A stretch of DNA of 64,000 bases, taken from Epithemia pelagica. Lineage: Eukaryota; Protista; Bacillariophyta. Below the pieces are notes generated by a model that saw only the letters and a list, made by a program, of their open reading frames with translations, made no database searches and had not been told where the DNA came from. The position numbers and the translations under genes are program-made. The DNA lies in the NCBI GenBank assembly GCA_946965045.2, contig OX337229.1, forward strand, positions 2,852,001 to 2,916,000, in the 5' to 3' direction. Shown here in pieces: positions 53,492-64,000 of the stretch (positions are counted from its first letter, which is position 1; each line of letters begins with the position of its first letter).

Positions 53492-54499
53492 ATGGAAAAC
53501 GACGAAGAGGACGAAGAAGAGACCGAAGAACGCTTGACGGCGGACTCTTACGGAGCTCTCGATACATCGGAAGTTACAGATGAATGTTGGCTGATTCGAA
53601 TTCCACAAAAGCTGGCGCAAGCCTGGGACAGCTTACCGGAGGGAACCGAGTTGGGTGAACTTGTTTTTACCAAAGGCGGAACACGGGCAAACGCTGCAAA
53701 ATCTGCTCCTGGGACGGGAACATCGGTAAAACCGTCCTTGACAGTTCATGTGGCGGAGCATGTGGCAGAAAGCTTTCGAAAATCGACATCCAATGCAAGT
53801 GCCTCTTCCTCGCGCAGTAGCGCTATTCAGGCAACGAACGCGCTTCCTTTGAACTACTCGCTTCAAGCCATGACGAAGAAAATCCCCGTTTTGCACCCTT
53901 TCTCTCGCAATCCTCGTACTGGATCTATCAAACTGTGGGGTACAGTCAGTCGAACAGCCAATCTACAAGTTGAACGAGGAGATGGACAGTATCGGGCCAT
54001 GCTCAAGGACCGACTATTGGCTTCCAACATCAAGAACAATCGCTTTGTGAAACCAGTGGAGGCTACAGAATCCGTTATGAGCAAACAGCGACCGACATCA
54101 GGAGGTGGGTCTGCATCGTTTTCAAACAAGAAGAAAACGTTTGGAGATGCTGTGTTGCAGTTTGGCAAAAGGAAAAATGAGGCATTAGAAAACAATTCCC
54201 AGGGACAGCATGGACATGGTGGTGGAGCGGGAACGAGCTCAGCAGGCAACAAGAAAGCGCGACAGTTTTCACCTGATCAATCCATGCGATCGGTTATTTT
54301 TGAATTGTTTGCTCAGTCGCCATTTTGGGCCGTCAAGGATTTGAAATCTGCTGCCGTTGCAGGAGGTGCTCCTCATGCTGGAACGAGGAAGGGTGAATCA
54401 GAAATTCGCGACATTTTGAGAGAGATTGGGGAATACCACCGATCAGGTGACCATAAAAATATGTGGGAGCTGCGGAAAGAGTTTCAACAACAGAGCTAA
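53492..54499 (+). CDS. Transcription initiation factor IIF beta subunit (RAP30/Tfg2)
   Basis: N-terminal CWLIRIPQKLAQAW and C-terminal winged helix IFELFAQSPFWAVKDL..IRDILREIGEYHRSGDHKNMWELRKEF. The track start at 53456 is TTG; the first ATG is 53492. Confidence 0.88.
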   Translation: MENDEEDEEETEERLTADSYGALDTSEVTDECWLIRIPQKLAQAWDSLPEGTELGELVFTKGGTRANAAKSAPGTGTSVKPSLTVHVAEHVAESFRKSTSNASASSSRSSAIQATNALPLNYSLQAMTKKIPVLHPFSRNPRTGSIKLWGTVSRTANLQVERGDGQYRAMLKDRLLASNIKNNRFVKPVEATESVMSKQRPTSGGGSASFSNKKKTFGDAVLQFGKRKNEALENNSQGQHGHGGGAGTSSAGNKKARQFSPDQSMRSVIFELFAQSPFWAVKDLKSAAVAGGAPHAGTRKGESEIRDILREIGEYHRSGDHKNMWELRKEFQQQS

Positions 54500-54671
54500 C
54501 TGTGAAGATCGCTAACGACGCTATTCTGAAACAGTCGCACTACGTTGTGCATAGAAATAAATACACTCTTAGTTGAATGACATGAATTAGATCCGAAGAA
54601 TAGTCTGTCTGGAATATATCTCCATATCACAGTCGATTCCTTGAACATAGACCAAGATGCTTCATGATGTA

Positions 54672-55549
54672 TCAAGAGGATTCCTTGTTTGACTCATTTG
54701 CCGCTTCATTCTCGGCATGAACCTCGACAACGTCATCTTCTTCTGCTTGAACTGTCTGCGATGCAGCATCGGCTGCAACACGAGCTTCTTCCACTCTTTG
54801 CTTTTCTTCTGCATCTATATTGGACGAAGTTTGACCTTCACCAAAGATGGCGAGCTTTTTTTGGACATCAGGCCATAAGGTTTTCTTGTCCGGGGGGAAA
54901 CTCACTTTACCTGCAATAATGTCACCAGGTGTCACCTTTGCTCCATAAAAGGAGTTGTTGAGCTTCCGTCGAGGGGTAATAAAGCCACCTTCTAGCGATA
55001 CCGAGACGAAAGCTCCCTTTGTGAACGCCATTGAGAACACAGGTTTCGTTGCACGAGATGCAGCACCACCACCAAAACCAAATCCAGCACCAACTTCACG
55101 CCCTAGACCGACAGTTAAGCCTTCGTTCCCCCCGAGCTTGAGACTCGATGAAAAAAAAAGTATCAACAGAATGCTTGTCGGGCAAGAAGATAAGCAATTC
55201 TTTGGCTTCAAGACCAAGCACTAAACCAAACCCAACTCCAGAAAGACTGCAAGCTACCGGATTACTCCACGAACCATCCTCAATTTTCGCTGTCATTATT
55301 CCGGTACCGACACATCCACGAAACATTAATCCAACATCAACTACGGACATAATAGCAATCCCTGCACAACTTTGATAAAGAGCCGTGGGCGCACCTCTAA
55401 TGCCTGGAAGCAAAGCACATTGGAGAATATGATTCGCTGAACATGGGCAACATGCAGAAGAATGAGCTGATGGAGCGATAAAGTCCCGGCGGAATGATAG
55501 ACGTCATGCCCTCCATCGAAGTACGGGGTGGACGAGAATCTCCTGTCAT
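54672..55549 (-). pseudogene. Ysc84/SYLF-domain protein copy A, apparently disrupted
   Basis: Homologous to copies B and C (GTGIM..DGSWSNPVACSLSGVGFG..KELLIFL), but split over two frames at a 9-T run (55151-55159) and lacking the intron-1 donor present in B and C. Confidence 0.7.
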
Positions 55550-55840
55550 GGTTGTTCGCTTTCAAAGATCAGATTACAGATGAATAGTGCGACGATCAAA
55601 AATCTTTTGTGATTAGAACTGAACTTCATCCTTCTTGTAATTTTGAGAGAAGTGAAGCGTACGAGGGGCTTGGGGTCGGTGAGCGAGCTAAATAAAAAGA
55701 GTATACAAATCACAGTAGGCCCCAAATCGCCGGCATCTTGTAGGACGCCGCTCATAGTCATACTATGGGATAGGAGTAGTATCTACCTATTCCCGTTGGT
55801 TGTCTCGTTGTCATTGATGATCTAGGAGTAATATCTAATA

Positions 55841-57771
55841 CTCCCTCCTGCCCAAAATTATCGCAACAAGTTACTAAAAATGACGTAACTTCTCACGCGC
55901 AAGCCCGTTGGCGCTAAAAATTATATAGATCGATAGCTTATTACACGACTCAAATTTCCATGTATAATTTATATGTTCCATCTCACAATCCTGGAGAGTT
56001 ACAGGGAACTAAACGAGGTGAAAAAAGAAACTCAGACTTTGGCGTACCGGTTCTGGCCCTACAGGCATACCCAAGCCATGCCACCTTCAGGGGAGGCCCG
56101 CAAGGGGGTAAAGTACAAGGAATTGCGGAGAGAAGACCGCGGACGTGCCATGGCGATCCTTCTAACCTTCCATCTGAATGGCACCTTGCCCAGAGGTGTT
56201 TTGTCAGGCGTCGCTGAAATGTTTGGTGTGCATCGATCCACCATAAGCCGACTTTGGGAGCGCGCGCAGAAATCGCGCGTGGAGAACGTAATTAACTCTC
56301 CTGAAATTTCATCCAACGCACGCGCGCGCGGAAGACTCCCTATTTGTTCTTCACCAGACGTTAGAGAAGCTGTTAAAAATGTCCCATTGATGAAGAGACG
56401 AACCCAGGAACAACTCTCTACCGTTCTGGGTATGTCAAGAAGCACAGTGCAGCGATTCGTGAAGAAAGGCACTCTACGATGCCATACCAACACCCTAAAA
56501 CCCTTCCTCACTGAAACCAACATGATGGCAAGATACCTGATGGCACAATCCTTTGTAAACCCCTTGAAACCCGGTGAGTACCAAGACATGATGGACATGA
56601 TCCATGTCGATGAAAAGTGGTTTTTTGTGACGAAAGATGCACAGCGCTTTATCTTGACCGACGATGAAGAGGATCCACAGAGGACATGCAAACACAAGAG
56701 CCACATCACAAAGGTAATGTTCTTTTGTGCTGTGGCTCGTCCTCGCTTTATTCCAGCTATGAATCAATGGTGGGATGGTAAACTGGGCATCTGGCCCATT
56801 GGTGAGTGGGTCCCTGCGAAGAGGAGCAGCGTCAACAGGGAAAAGGGGACTATGGTATGGAAGAACATTACTGTTAACAGAGAGGTCTACAGGGATTTAC
56901 TTGTGGAAAAACTAATGCCAGCAATATTGGAGAAGTGGCCACAAGCAGACAGAAACAAGAGAACCATAAGGATTCAACAGGATGGCGCCAAGTCCCATAT
57001 CAAGGATGGAGACATGTACTTTGTGGAGTTCCTGAGATCCATGAAAGAGTTGGGAGTGAGGGCAGAGTTCTTTACACAAGCTCCCAACAGCCCAGACACA
57101 AACATTTGTGATCTGGGCTTTTTCAGGGCTATCCAGAGTCATGGTTTGATTGTTGGGTCGAGCGAGGCACAGCTGCTTGAATCTGTACAGAATGCTTTTG
57201 ATTCCTATCCAAGAGACAGACTAAACCACACATGGCTCACCCTCCAATCTTGCTTCAATGAAATCATTAAAGCAGGAGGAGGGAATGACTACAAAATACC
57301 CCACATGAATAAACAGGGGCTGGAGAGGAGAGGGGAGCTTCCCCATGTGCTGCAAGTCACAGACGCTCTCTCCAGCCCTACAAGCAGCAATCTGCAAGAG
57401 TAGAAACTAATCCTATTAGTCCTACAGAATACCTGGTTGACCTCCAATTGAGCAAGGAGGCAACCAGGGGCTACGGCCAATGATTGTACCCATAGGATAG
57501 ATCATTGTGTATTGCGTTGTTGTTGCTGCTGCTATTCGTGATTTTTCAGTGTTGGTGGTGGGAGATGAGTGAGGTCTTGTACCGTTGGGGAGTGACGATT
57601 GAAGGGCTGGATAGATTTTTTAGCACGTGTCACAGTGAATGTTCATCTCCAAAATTCGACTCCGAATGAGCCGGCCATCCTCCTGTAGAAATGTACCAGG
57701 GCCTACGAGAGCTTTTTGTGCGACTACTATGACTAAAAAAACTTGTTGCAATAATTTTGGGCAGGAGGGAG
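55841..57771 (+). mobile_element. Tc1/mariner DNA transposon of the DD39D (Stowaway-partner) group, 1931 bp, structurally intact
   Basis: 32-bp TIR CTCCCTCCTGCCCAAAATTAT(C/T)GCAACAAGTT with one mismatch, TA target duplication at 55839-55840 and 57772-57773, and one transposase ORF. Confidence 0.96.
55973..57403 (+). CDS. Mariner-type transposase
   Basis: N-terminal HTH (VAEMFGVHRSTISRLW), IHVDEKWFF, KVMFFCAVARP, IQQDGAKSH and QAPNSPDTNICDLGFF. The true start may be ATG 55973 or a later ATG (MPPSG). Confidence 0.95.
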   Translation: MFHLTILESYRELNEVKKETQTLAYRFWPYRHTQAMPPSGEARKGVKYKELRREDRGRAMAILLTFHLNGTLPRGVLSGVAEMFGVHRSTISRLWERAQKSRVENVINSPEISSNARARGRLPICSSPDVREAVKNVPLMKRRTQEQLSTVLGMSRSTVQRFVKKGTLRCHTNTLKPFLTETNMMARYLMAQSFVNPLKPGEYQDMMDMIHVDEKWFFVTKDAQRFILTDDEEDPQRTCKHKSHITKVMFFCAVARPRFIPAMNQWWDGKLGIWPIGEWVPAKRSSVNREKGTMVWKNITVNREVYRDLLVEKLMPAILEKWPQADRNKRTIRIQQDGAKSHIKDGDMYFVEFLRSMKELGVRAEFFTQAPNSPDTNICDLGFFRAIQSHGLIVGSSEAQLLESVQNAFDSYPRDRLNHTWLTLQSCFNEIIKAGGGNDYKIPHMNKQGLERRGELPHVLQVTDALSSPTSSNLQE

Positions 57772-58339
57772 TACGAGAGTATATGTGAAATGGTCTATGC
57801 TCTCCTCTCTGTACTACATTACGCTTCTCGAGCCTTTAGAAGCTCGTTCAAAACAACTATCCCGTACCATGCCATATCATGCCTTCCATGGACGTTCGGT
57901 GAGGTCGGGCTATCGCTTCAGTCATCCTTTAAAAATAGAAGTAGTATAGATCTGCAAGAGCTGGCGAGGCTATTGGTGTTGACTTTTGAGAACAAAACAA
58001 ACCCAAGGAAGCAAAAGTATCTTTTCCTTACGGTCAATGGGTGCCCCAATCCCGTACCTTCCTAGCGGGGGTGAGTCATGAGAATTAGTGATAGAAATTT
58101 GCTCTAAGAGTTTGGACACCAAAAGCACGACACACATGCGACCCGACTACTCACCCCTGCTTGGGGGTACCCAATCCCGTAAAAATGACCAAACGCCCCG
58201 GCGCCGCGGTCGTGTCAACCGGTCGCCTTTCGCATGTCGTGGGGCTTGGGAGAATCTTTCCCATGATGTCAATGTCGCGTAGAATCTTTTCTAAGTCTTC
58301 AATACAACCGAATACCAACGAGGAGATCGACATTTGACA

Positions 58340-59247
58340 ATGTCAACTGAGGAAAAGAGACCACACTGCACGTCTATGGAAGGCATGATCTGGAATGGTA
58401 AGGAGTGCTTGTCGTGGGAGGTCTGTTTTTCACCGATAATTGTCTGAAGTACCCATCGCGTCGTTCTTTAGCCAACCACATTCTGAGCTATGCCTTGCGC
58501 CCTGGCATTCGAGGAGTTCCTAAGGATCTTTTCATGGAATGTGCCGGCATCGCAATCATGTCGGTGGTAGATGCTGGTATTGTTTTCAGTGGCTCTGTAG
58601 GCACAGGAATCCTAATCGCCCACCATACAGACGGTTCCTGGAGTGCACCTGTTGCATGTGGTCTTACTGGGGTAGGCTTTGGTCTTCTACTTGGGATGGC
58701 GGCCAAGGAGCTTATTATTTTCTTGCCCGATAAAGCATCGATAGCAACGTTTCTTTCGACTGGACTGCACCTCTCTGGGAAGTCGGATGTAACAGTTGGT
58801 GTTGGACGAGAGTTTGAAGGAACGTATGGTGCTAGTAAGACAGGTTTCTCCTCGACTCTTACCTACGCTTACACGAAAGGCGCCTTTCTTGCAGCTTCAT
58901 TGGAAACAGCTGTGGTAGCTCCTCGTAACAAGGTGAACACGCACTTTTACGAAGACAATGTGGAGTTGATGGATATTATTGAAAGGAAGGTGAAATTTCC
59001 AGCTGGCAAGAACACGTTATGGGCCGACGTTCTTGATAAACTTCGAAAGCTTGCAGATGGTGTCAGCGAACTACCAACAGAGGAAGACAAGGATAAGGTA
59101 GACGCTGCCCTCAATGCGGCGAACGAAGCTGCAGACAAAATTCATCTTACTGAGCCGGATGAGTTCGTTGAGATTGACGCCAAAACAGAGGCTGAACGGG
59201 AAAAGGTTGCAAAAGGAGAGGGTTCTTGGATCGAACCAATGGGATAG
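58340..59247 (+). CDS. Ysc84/SYLF-domain protein copy B; intron 58398-58471
   Basis: MSTEEKRPHCTSMEGMIWN|ANHILSYAL..GIVFSGSVGTGILIAH..GSWSAP..GLLLG..YAYTKGAF..RNKVNTHFY are Ysc84 actin/lipid-binding domain motifs. Confidence 0.85.
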
Positions 59248-59563
59248 TTAGTGGTCAAGGTAGTCGTTTGACATAATCTGTAAATATAGATTATGATAGA
59301 ATTGGTCTTCGGTAGAATCGTCTGGCATTGGCATGGACGATAAATCAACTTTTACCACTTCTTTGTTGACAAAAAAGGGAGAGACATACGGTAACCTCAC
59401 TTGAGAGAAACGTTGCACAAACGTATCGTTTATGAAAATCACCATTTTCCGACTTCGTGCATTAACTAACTTTCTTTATGAAATATATTTCTGCATGCGA
59501 ATGGCTCTATAGAGACATGAAACACAGTAAGGTAGCCCAGGCAATTCCCCTCCACATCAGTAT

Positions 59564-60431
59564 CTAAGACGACTCTTTGGCCGCTTCTGTTTCGGCGTTA
59601 ACTTCAACAACCTCTTCTTCCTCGGTTTTATGATAGCTCTCAGCGGCTTCGTTAGCAGCATCAAGAGCAGCCGCAACTTTATCCTTCTCAGCATCGGACG
59701 GAGACTCACTGACGCCATCGGCCAGCTTCTGCAGTTTATCGAGAACCTCGGGCCACAGCGTGTTCTTGCTTGCTGGAATTTTCACCTTCCCTTCCAAGAC
59801 ATCCATCAGCTCCACACGGTCTTCATAAAAGTACATATTCACCTTCTTGCGGGGAGCTACCACAGCTGTTTCCAATGAAGCCGCGATAAAGGCGCCTTTC
59901 GTGTAAGCGTAGGTAAGAGTCGAGGAGAAACCTGTCTTACTAGCACCGAATGTGCCCTCAAACTCTCGTCCAACACCAATCGTTACGTCTGATTTCCCCG
60001 TGAGCTGCAGTCCAGTCGAAAGAAATGTTGTAATCGATGCTTTATCAGGCAAGAAAATGATAAGCTCCTTGGCCGCAATCCCGAGCAAAATACCAAAGCC
60101 GACCCCAGTAAGACCACATGCAACAGGTGCACTCCAGGAACCGTCTGTATGGCGGGCCATTAGGATTCCTGTGCCCACAGAGCCACTAAAAACAAAGCCA
60201 GCATCTACCACCGACATGATCGCAATGCCGGCACATTCCATGAAAAGACCCTTAGGAACTCCTCGAATGCCAGGGCGTAAGGCATAGCTCAGAATGTGGT
60301 TGGCTAAGAAGAGAGAAACGTCGACGGGTGAAATGAAAATAGACATTCGATGGTGACTGAACATCGAGAAACGTACCATTCCAGATCATGCCTTCCATAG
60401 ACGTGCGGTGGGGCCTCTTTTCATCAGACAT
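59564..60431 (-). CDS. Ysc84/SYLF-domain protein copy C; intron 60304-60376
   Basis: Close paralogue of copy B with the intron at the same position (MEGMIWN|ANHIL), in inverted, convergent orientation. Confidence 0.85.
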
Positions 60432-60953
60432 CCTTTCTTGCAGACTGGTCACTGGTTGCTGTTGTCGAATCGATCTCTTCCGAGATATATGAATGAAAGT
60501 TCTCGCTATGACTTTTTTGGGTTGCACATTATTTTTTGCAGTTATCTTTTTTGCAGAAAGGACTTTCTAAGTAAATCATGTGCGACTGTCGGAGGTGAGT
60601 GCCCCAACGGACACAATGAGCAAAAAGGACATCATCATCGTCTGCCTTGGACTTCAGAGATCTCGTTTCAAGAAGAGGTAATACACCTAAACGGAAAGGG
60701 AAAGACAGTATTGACTAAGCAATATGGGCATTGTGGCAAGGTTCATGAAGTGGAGAGCGAAACGCAAAGCACGACAAACAAGGCGCTCTATTGGCAAGAA
60801 AGTTCGAAAGTCCTTTGATATGGGAAAATAGCTTCCCATCAGCGATGGGAACATTTCATCTCTTACAACTGGTCCCAGAGTCTAAGGTTGTCCTTCGAAC
60901 AAAAATCATCAATGGCAAATCGGACGAACAACAGTGTTAAAAGTTCAGCTACT

Positions 60954-62917
60954 TTAAATACCATCAGTCAAGGACTGGAATTCACGCTTCATCTCGTCAA
61001 TAATGTCGGCATAGGCCTTGTTCATGTTGGCAGGCGAATCCTTGGGATCAACATACTTGGTATCAACGACCTTTTGGATGATAGGCGCAAGGGCTGTTTT
61101 GATGTGTGCGTACGTGAGCTTTTCGTCCGACGGGGAATCGGCAATGGCCTTTTGGCAAAGATCGTAGAAGTTCACGATAACCTTGAGCATTCCTACTGTC
61201 TTGGGAAGGGGACATGTGTAGTCGTAGTCAGTAAAGGCATTCTGGGCCAAGAAATCTTCACGGATGAGTTTTGCAACTTCCATCACAACCTTTTGATCTT
61301 CGGACAAAGATTCCTTTCCGACAAGCTGAACAATTTCGGAAAGGTTATCTTCTTGCTGAAGAATTGTACGGGCCTGGTTACGGAGGTAGGAATATTGTTC
61401 ATCCATCGTGTTGAAGTAGGGTTCGAGGACCTGCATGTACTTGGTGTAAGAGATGAGCCAGTTAAGACTTGGGAAATGCTTACGTTGGGCAAGTTTCTTG
61501 TCCAGACCCCAAAACACTTGCACAATGGAAAGGGTCGCGGCCGTAACAGGATCGGAGAAGTCACCACCTGGAGGAGAGACTGCTCCGACGACAGTCACTG
61601 TACCCTCACGGTTGGGAGATCCCAAACAGCTAACGCGTCCAGCACGTTCATAAAAGGCAGCAAGACGGGCACCCAAATAGGCAGGGTAACCGGAATCGGC
61701 GGGCATCTCTCCCAAACGTCCAGAAATCTCACGAAGAGCCTCGGCCCATCGAGAAGTAGAGTCACCCATCATGGACACATTCATACCTTGATCACGGAAG
61801 TATTCTGCCAAAGTGATACCGGTGTAAATAGAAGCCTCACGAGCAGCCACGGGCATGTTAGATGTGTTGGCAATCAAGGTTGTACGCTTCATGATACCAA
61901 CTTCCTTGTCATTTCCACGCTCGTCCTTGATGGTCATCGTCAGTTCAGGGAAATCACACAACACTTCAGCCATCTCGTTTCCACGCTCTCCACATCCGAC
62001 ATAAACAATGGCATCACTATTGGAGAATTTAGAAAGGGATTGCGAAATCACAGTCTTTCCGCAACCAAAAGCTCCAGGTACAGCACAGGTACCACCCAAC
62101 ACAGAAGGGAAAAGTCCGTCAATCACACGCAGGCCTGTAATCAAAGGTTGGTTACCGGGAAGCTTTTCCGTGATAGGACGAGGGCGACGCACAGGCCAGA
62201 AGTGGCTCAAAGTGAGCTTGTGTGTCTTGTTTTGGGTTTCGTTGAAAACTTCCATAACGACATCATCGACCAAAAAAGTCTCCTTGCCATCCGTGCCGGT
62301 CGTGTGGATCTTGGTCACTGTACCAAAAACATTGGGAGGACATAGGATTTTGTGCGAATCGATGATTTCGTTTTCAAAGACAACTCCAATGACATCTCCT
62401 CCAGCAACTGGCATGCCTTCCTTGAAGTCACCTGGCGTGAAAGTCCAGCGCTTTTCACGAGTCAAGCAGGGAACATCCACACCTTTAGGGACGTAGACAT
62501 CGCCAGATTCTTGGAAAATGTGTTCCAATGGACGTTGGATACCATCAAAGATAGTCTCCATGATACCAGGACCAAGTTCCACGGACAGGGGTTGCTTACG
62601 GCGGAGGACGGGGTCACCGACAGTCAAACCTGAGGTATCTTCGTAAACTTGAATAGAGGCGGTGTCACCTTCCAACTTAATAATTTCCCCAACCAACTTG
62701 GAGTGGCCCACACGGACCAATTCGTACATAGCAGCTGTGTAGCATCAAATAGAACCACATAACGTAGACATCGTAAGTCAATTTCCTGGAAGTTGATTGC
62801 GTCATTGCCCATAAAATTGCTCAGAAACTTACATCCACTCATACCATCGGCAACCACAAGAGGTCCCGAGACCTTGAAGATGAACCCATAATCAGACTCT
62901 TTTTCTTCGATACTCAT
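60954..62917 (-). CDS. VHA-A: V-type H+-ATPase catalytic subunit A; intron 62735-62832
   Basis: Exon 1 [28 protein letters not shown]; P-loop [49 protein letters not shown] and RKHFPS. No intein seen. Confidence 0.98.
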
Positions 62918-63388
62918 TTTGATATTAACTACCGCCAAACTTCTTTCATTGGTTGGAACAAAGGTCACGAAGACAAAGGTTAGATAGGGCAAAGAGAGAT
63001 ACGACGTTCATGATGCTCCTGTGAAGTTATCTCAAGCATAGAGGAGTCTTCCTCGAGCCATAGCTTCGACCACAGCGAATCACAATCTATCATGTACGCC
63101 TCGCCCATAATCGCCGTTGCGGACCGTTGGATCCAACTTTCTCTCAACAAGAAATCAAAGAATATACATCGTCGGGACCGGAAGTCTCTTCTCTAGCAAC
63201 AGGATCGAGACGTATGCATATCAAGTACCAGCCAATCGCATGTCAATTCAGATTTGCTTGTTCGACAATCGAACTTACCGATATACCAACACAAAGTCAA
63301 TGGACTTGTGATTGAGTCTGTAATGCGTTTGCGACGAAACCAAAGACGAAAAGAAGCAAAGACGAAGTTGTGTAAATAATGGGTCCTT

Positions 63389-63995
63389 ACTGAAATGTTT
63401 TTATCATAAACATAACATAAAACATAAACACAACGCAAATTTTTGTAGGGCTCATAACCCGCTCATAACCTATTGGTTATGTTTAAGTTTATGATTCGTC
63501 GCTTGGTTATGAGGCATGAATTCATGCCTCATAACCGTTGTGTTCAAACATAACACAAAACACATCCGAAAATTTCTCAACGCATGCCCAACACCGGGCA
63601 TGCGCATGAAAATGGACACGAGTTCCCCACCAGATTCATGGGACTCTCTGGTTACACTGGTACGCTGGGTATGTCACTTCCGCTCAAAGCTTGATGAGGA
63701 AGGAAGAAGGAAGAAGGAAGAAGGAAGAAAGAAGAAAGAAGAAAGAAGAAAGAAGAAAGAAGAAAGAAGAAAGAAGAAAGAAGAAAGAAGAAAGAAGAAA
63801 GAAGAAAGAAGAAGGAAGAAGAATCATCAAGCTTGACCATCACACCAGCACCTCTTTTTTGATGCCAAAGAAAAGCAAGGCAAAAGCATAGAGATGCGTC
63901 GGATTGAGGTGGGGGGAAACTTTGGAGAATTTTTGTGTTCCCGCTGTTATGTTTTATGTTTCGCTATTATGTTTTATGTTTCAAAGAGTTTCAGT
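63389..63995. mobile_element. Possible MITE-like element with imperfect terminal and subterminal inverted repeats
   Basis: ACTGAAA (63389-63395) and TTTCAGT (63989-63995), AAACATAAAACATA-type arrays inverted at the two ends, and a 32-bp perfect palindrome at 63505-63536. The TSD cannot be tested at the window edge. Confidence 0.4.
63698..63823 (+). repeat. Pure-purine 7-bp tandem repeat (GAAGAAA/GAAGAAG)n
   Basis: About 17-18 units read directly from the sequence; they generate spurious low-complexity ORFs on both strands. Confidence 0.97.
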
Positions 63996-64000
63996 GGCAT

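Noticed and set aside
60888-62345. 485-aa plus-strand ORF
   Set aside because: It is the codon-registered antisense shadow of the conserved V-ATPase A gene and has no recognisable motifs.
63516-63891. Lys/Glu/Arg-rich and Phe/Leu/Ser-rich ORFs
   Set aside because: Translation products of the 7-bp tandem repeat.
1-64000. CRISPR arrays, rRNA genes, prokaryotic operons or defence systems
   Set aside because: No repeat-spacer arrays or rRNA-like sequence were seen, and spliceosomal introns show the window is eukaryotic.

Overview
Eukaryotic, intron-containing, gene-dense DNA, almost certainly from a diatom (Lhcr-type fucoxanthin-chlorophyll antenna gene with an AAAF-AP plastid-targeting motif, CoDi-type Ty1/Copia element, short GT-AG introns). 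Host genes, left to right: SYF1 (runs off the left edge); a B12-dependent methionine synthase whose Hcy+pterin module is tandemly duplicated; an unknown protein; a 7TM GPCR-like protein; an OFA-family MFS transporter; ATP synthase OSCP; adenylosuccinate synthetase; Lhcr; a tandem cupin; a GHMP kinase; a cNMP-kinase fusion head-to-head with a CaMK; several unknowns; GST; biotin ligase; UDP-glucuronate 4-epimerase; TAF9 head-to-head with TFIIF-beta; three Ysc84/SYLF paralogues (one broken); V-ATPase subunit A. Mobile DNA: a PIF/Harbinger element (24120-35658) interrupted by a full-length 8.4-kb Copia (26834-35216), an intact Stowaway-ended mariner of the DD39D group (55841-57771), a 435-bp MITE (10010-10444) and a possible second MITE at the right edge. 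Most interesting: (i) the Copia carries an extra 259-aa ORF between its 5' LTR and gag, and its primer-binding site matches the anticodon arm of tRNA-Asn rather than a tRNA 3' end; (ii) the double-module METH has a patch of near-identity suggesting gene conversion; (iii) several transposon lesions are CpG transitions. No rRNA gene, tRNA gene or CRISPR array was found. All family assignments come from motif recognition by eye, not database searches.
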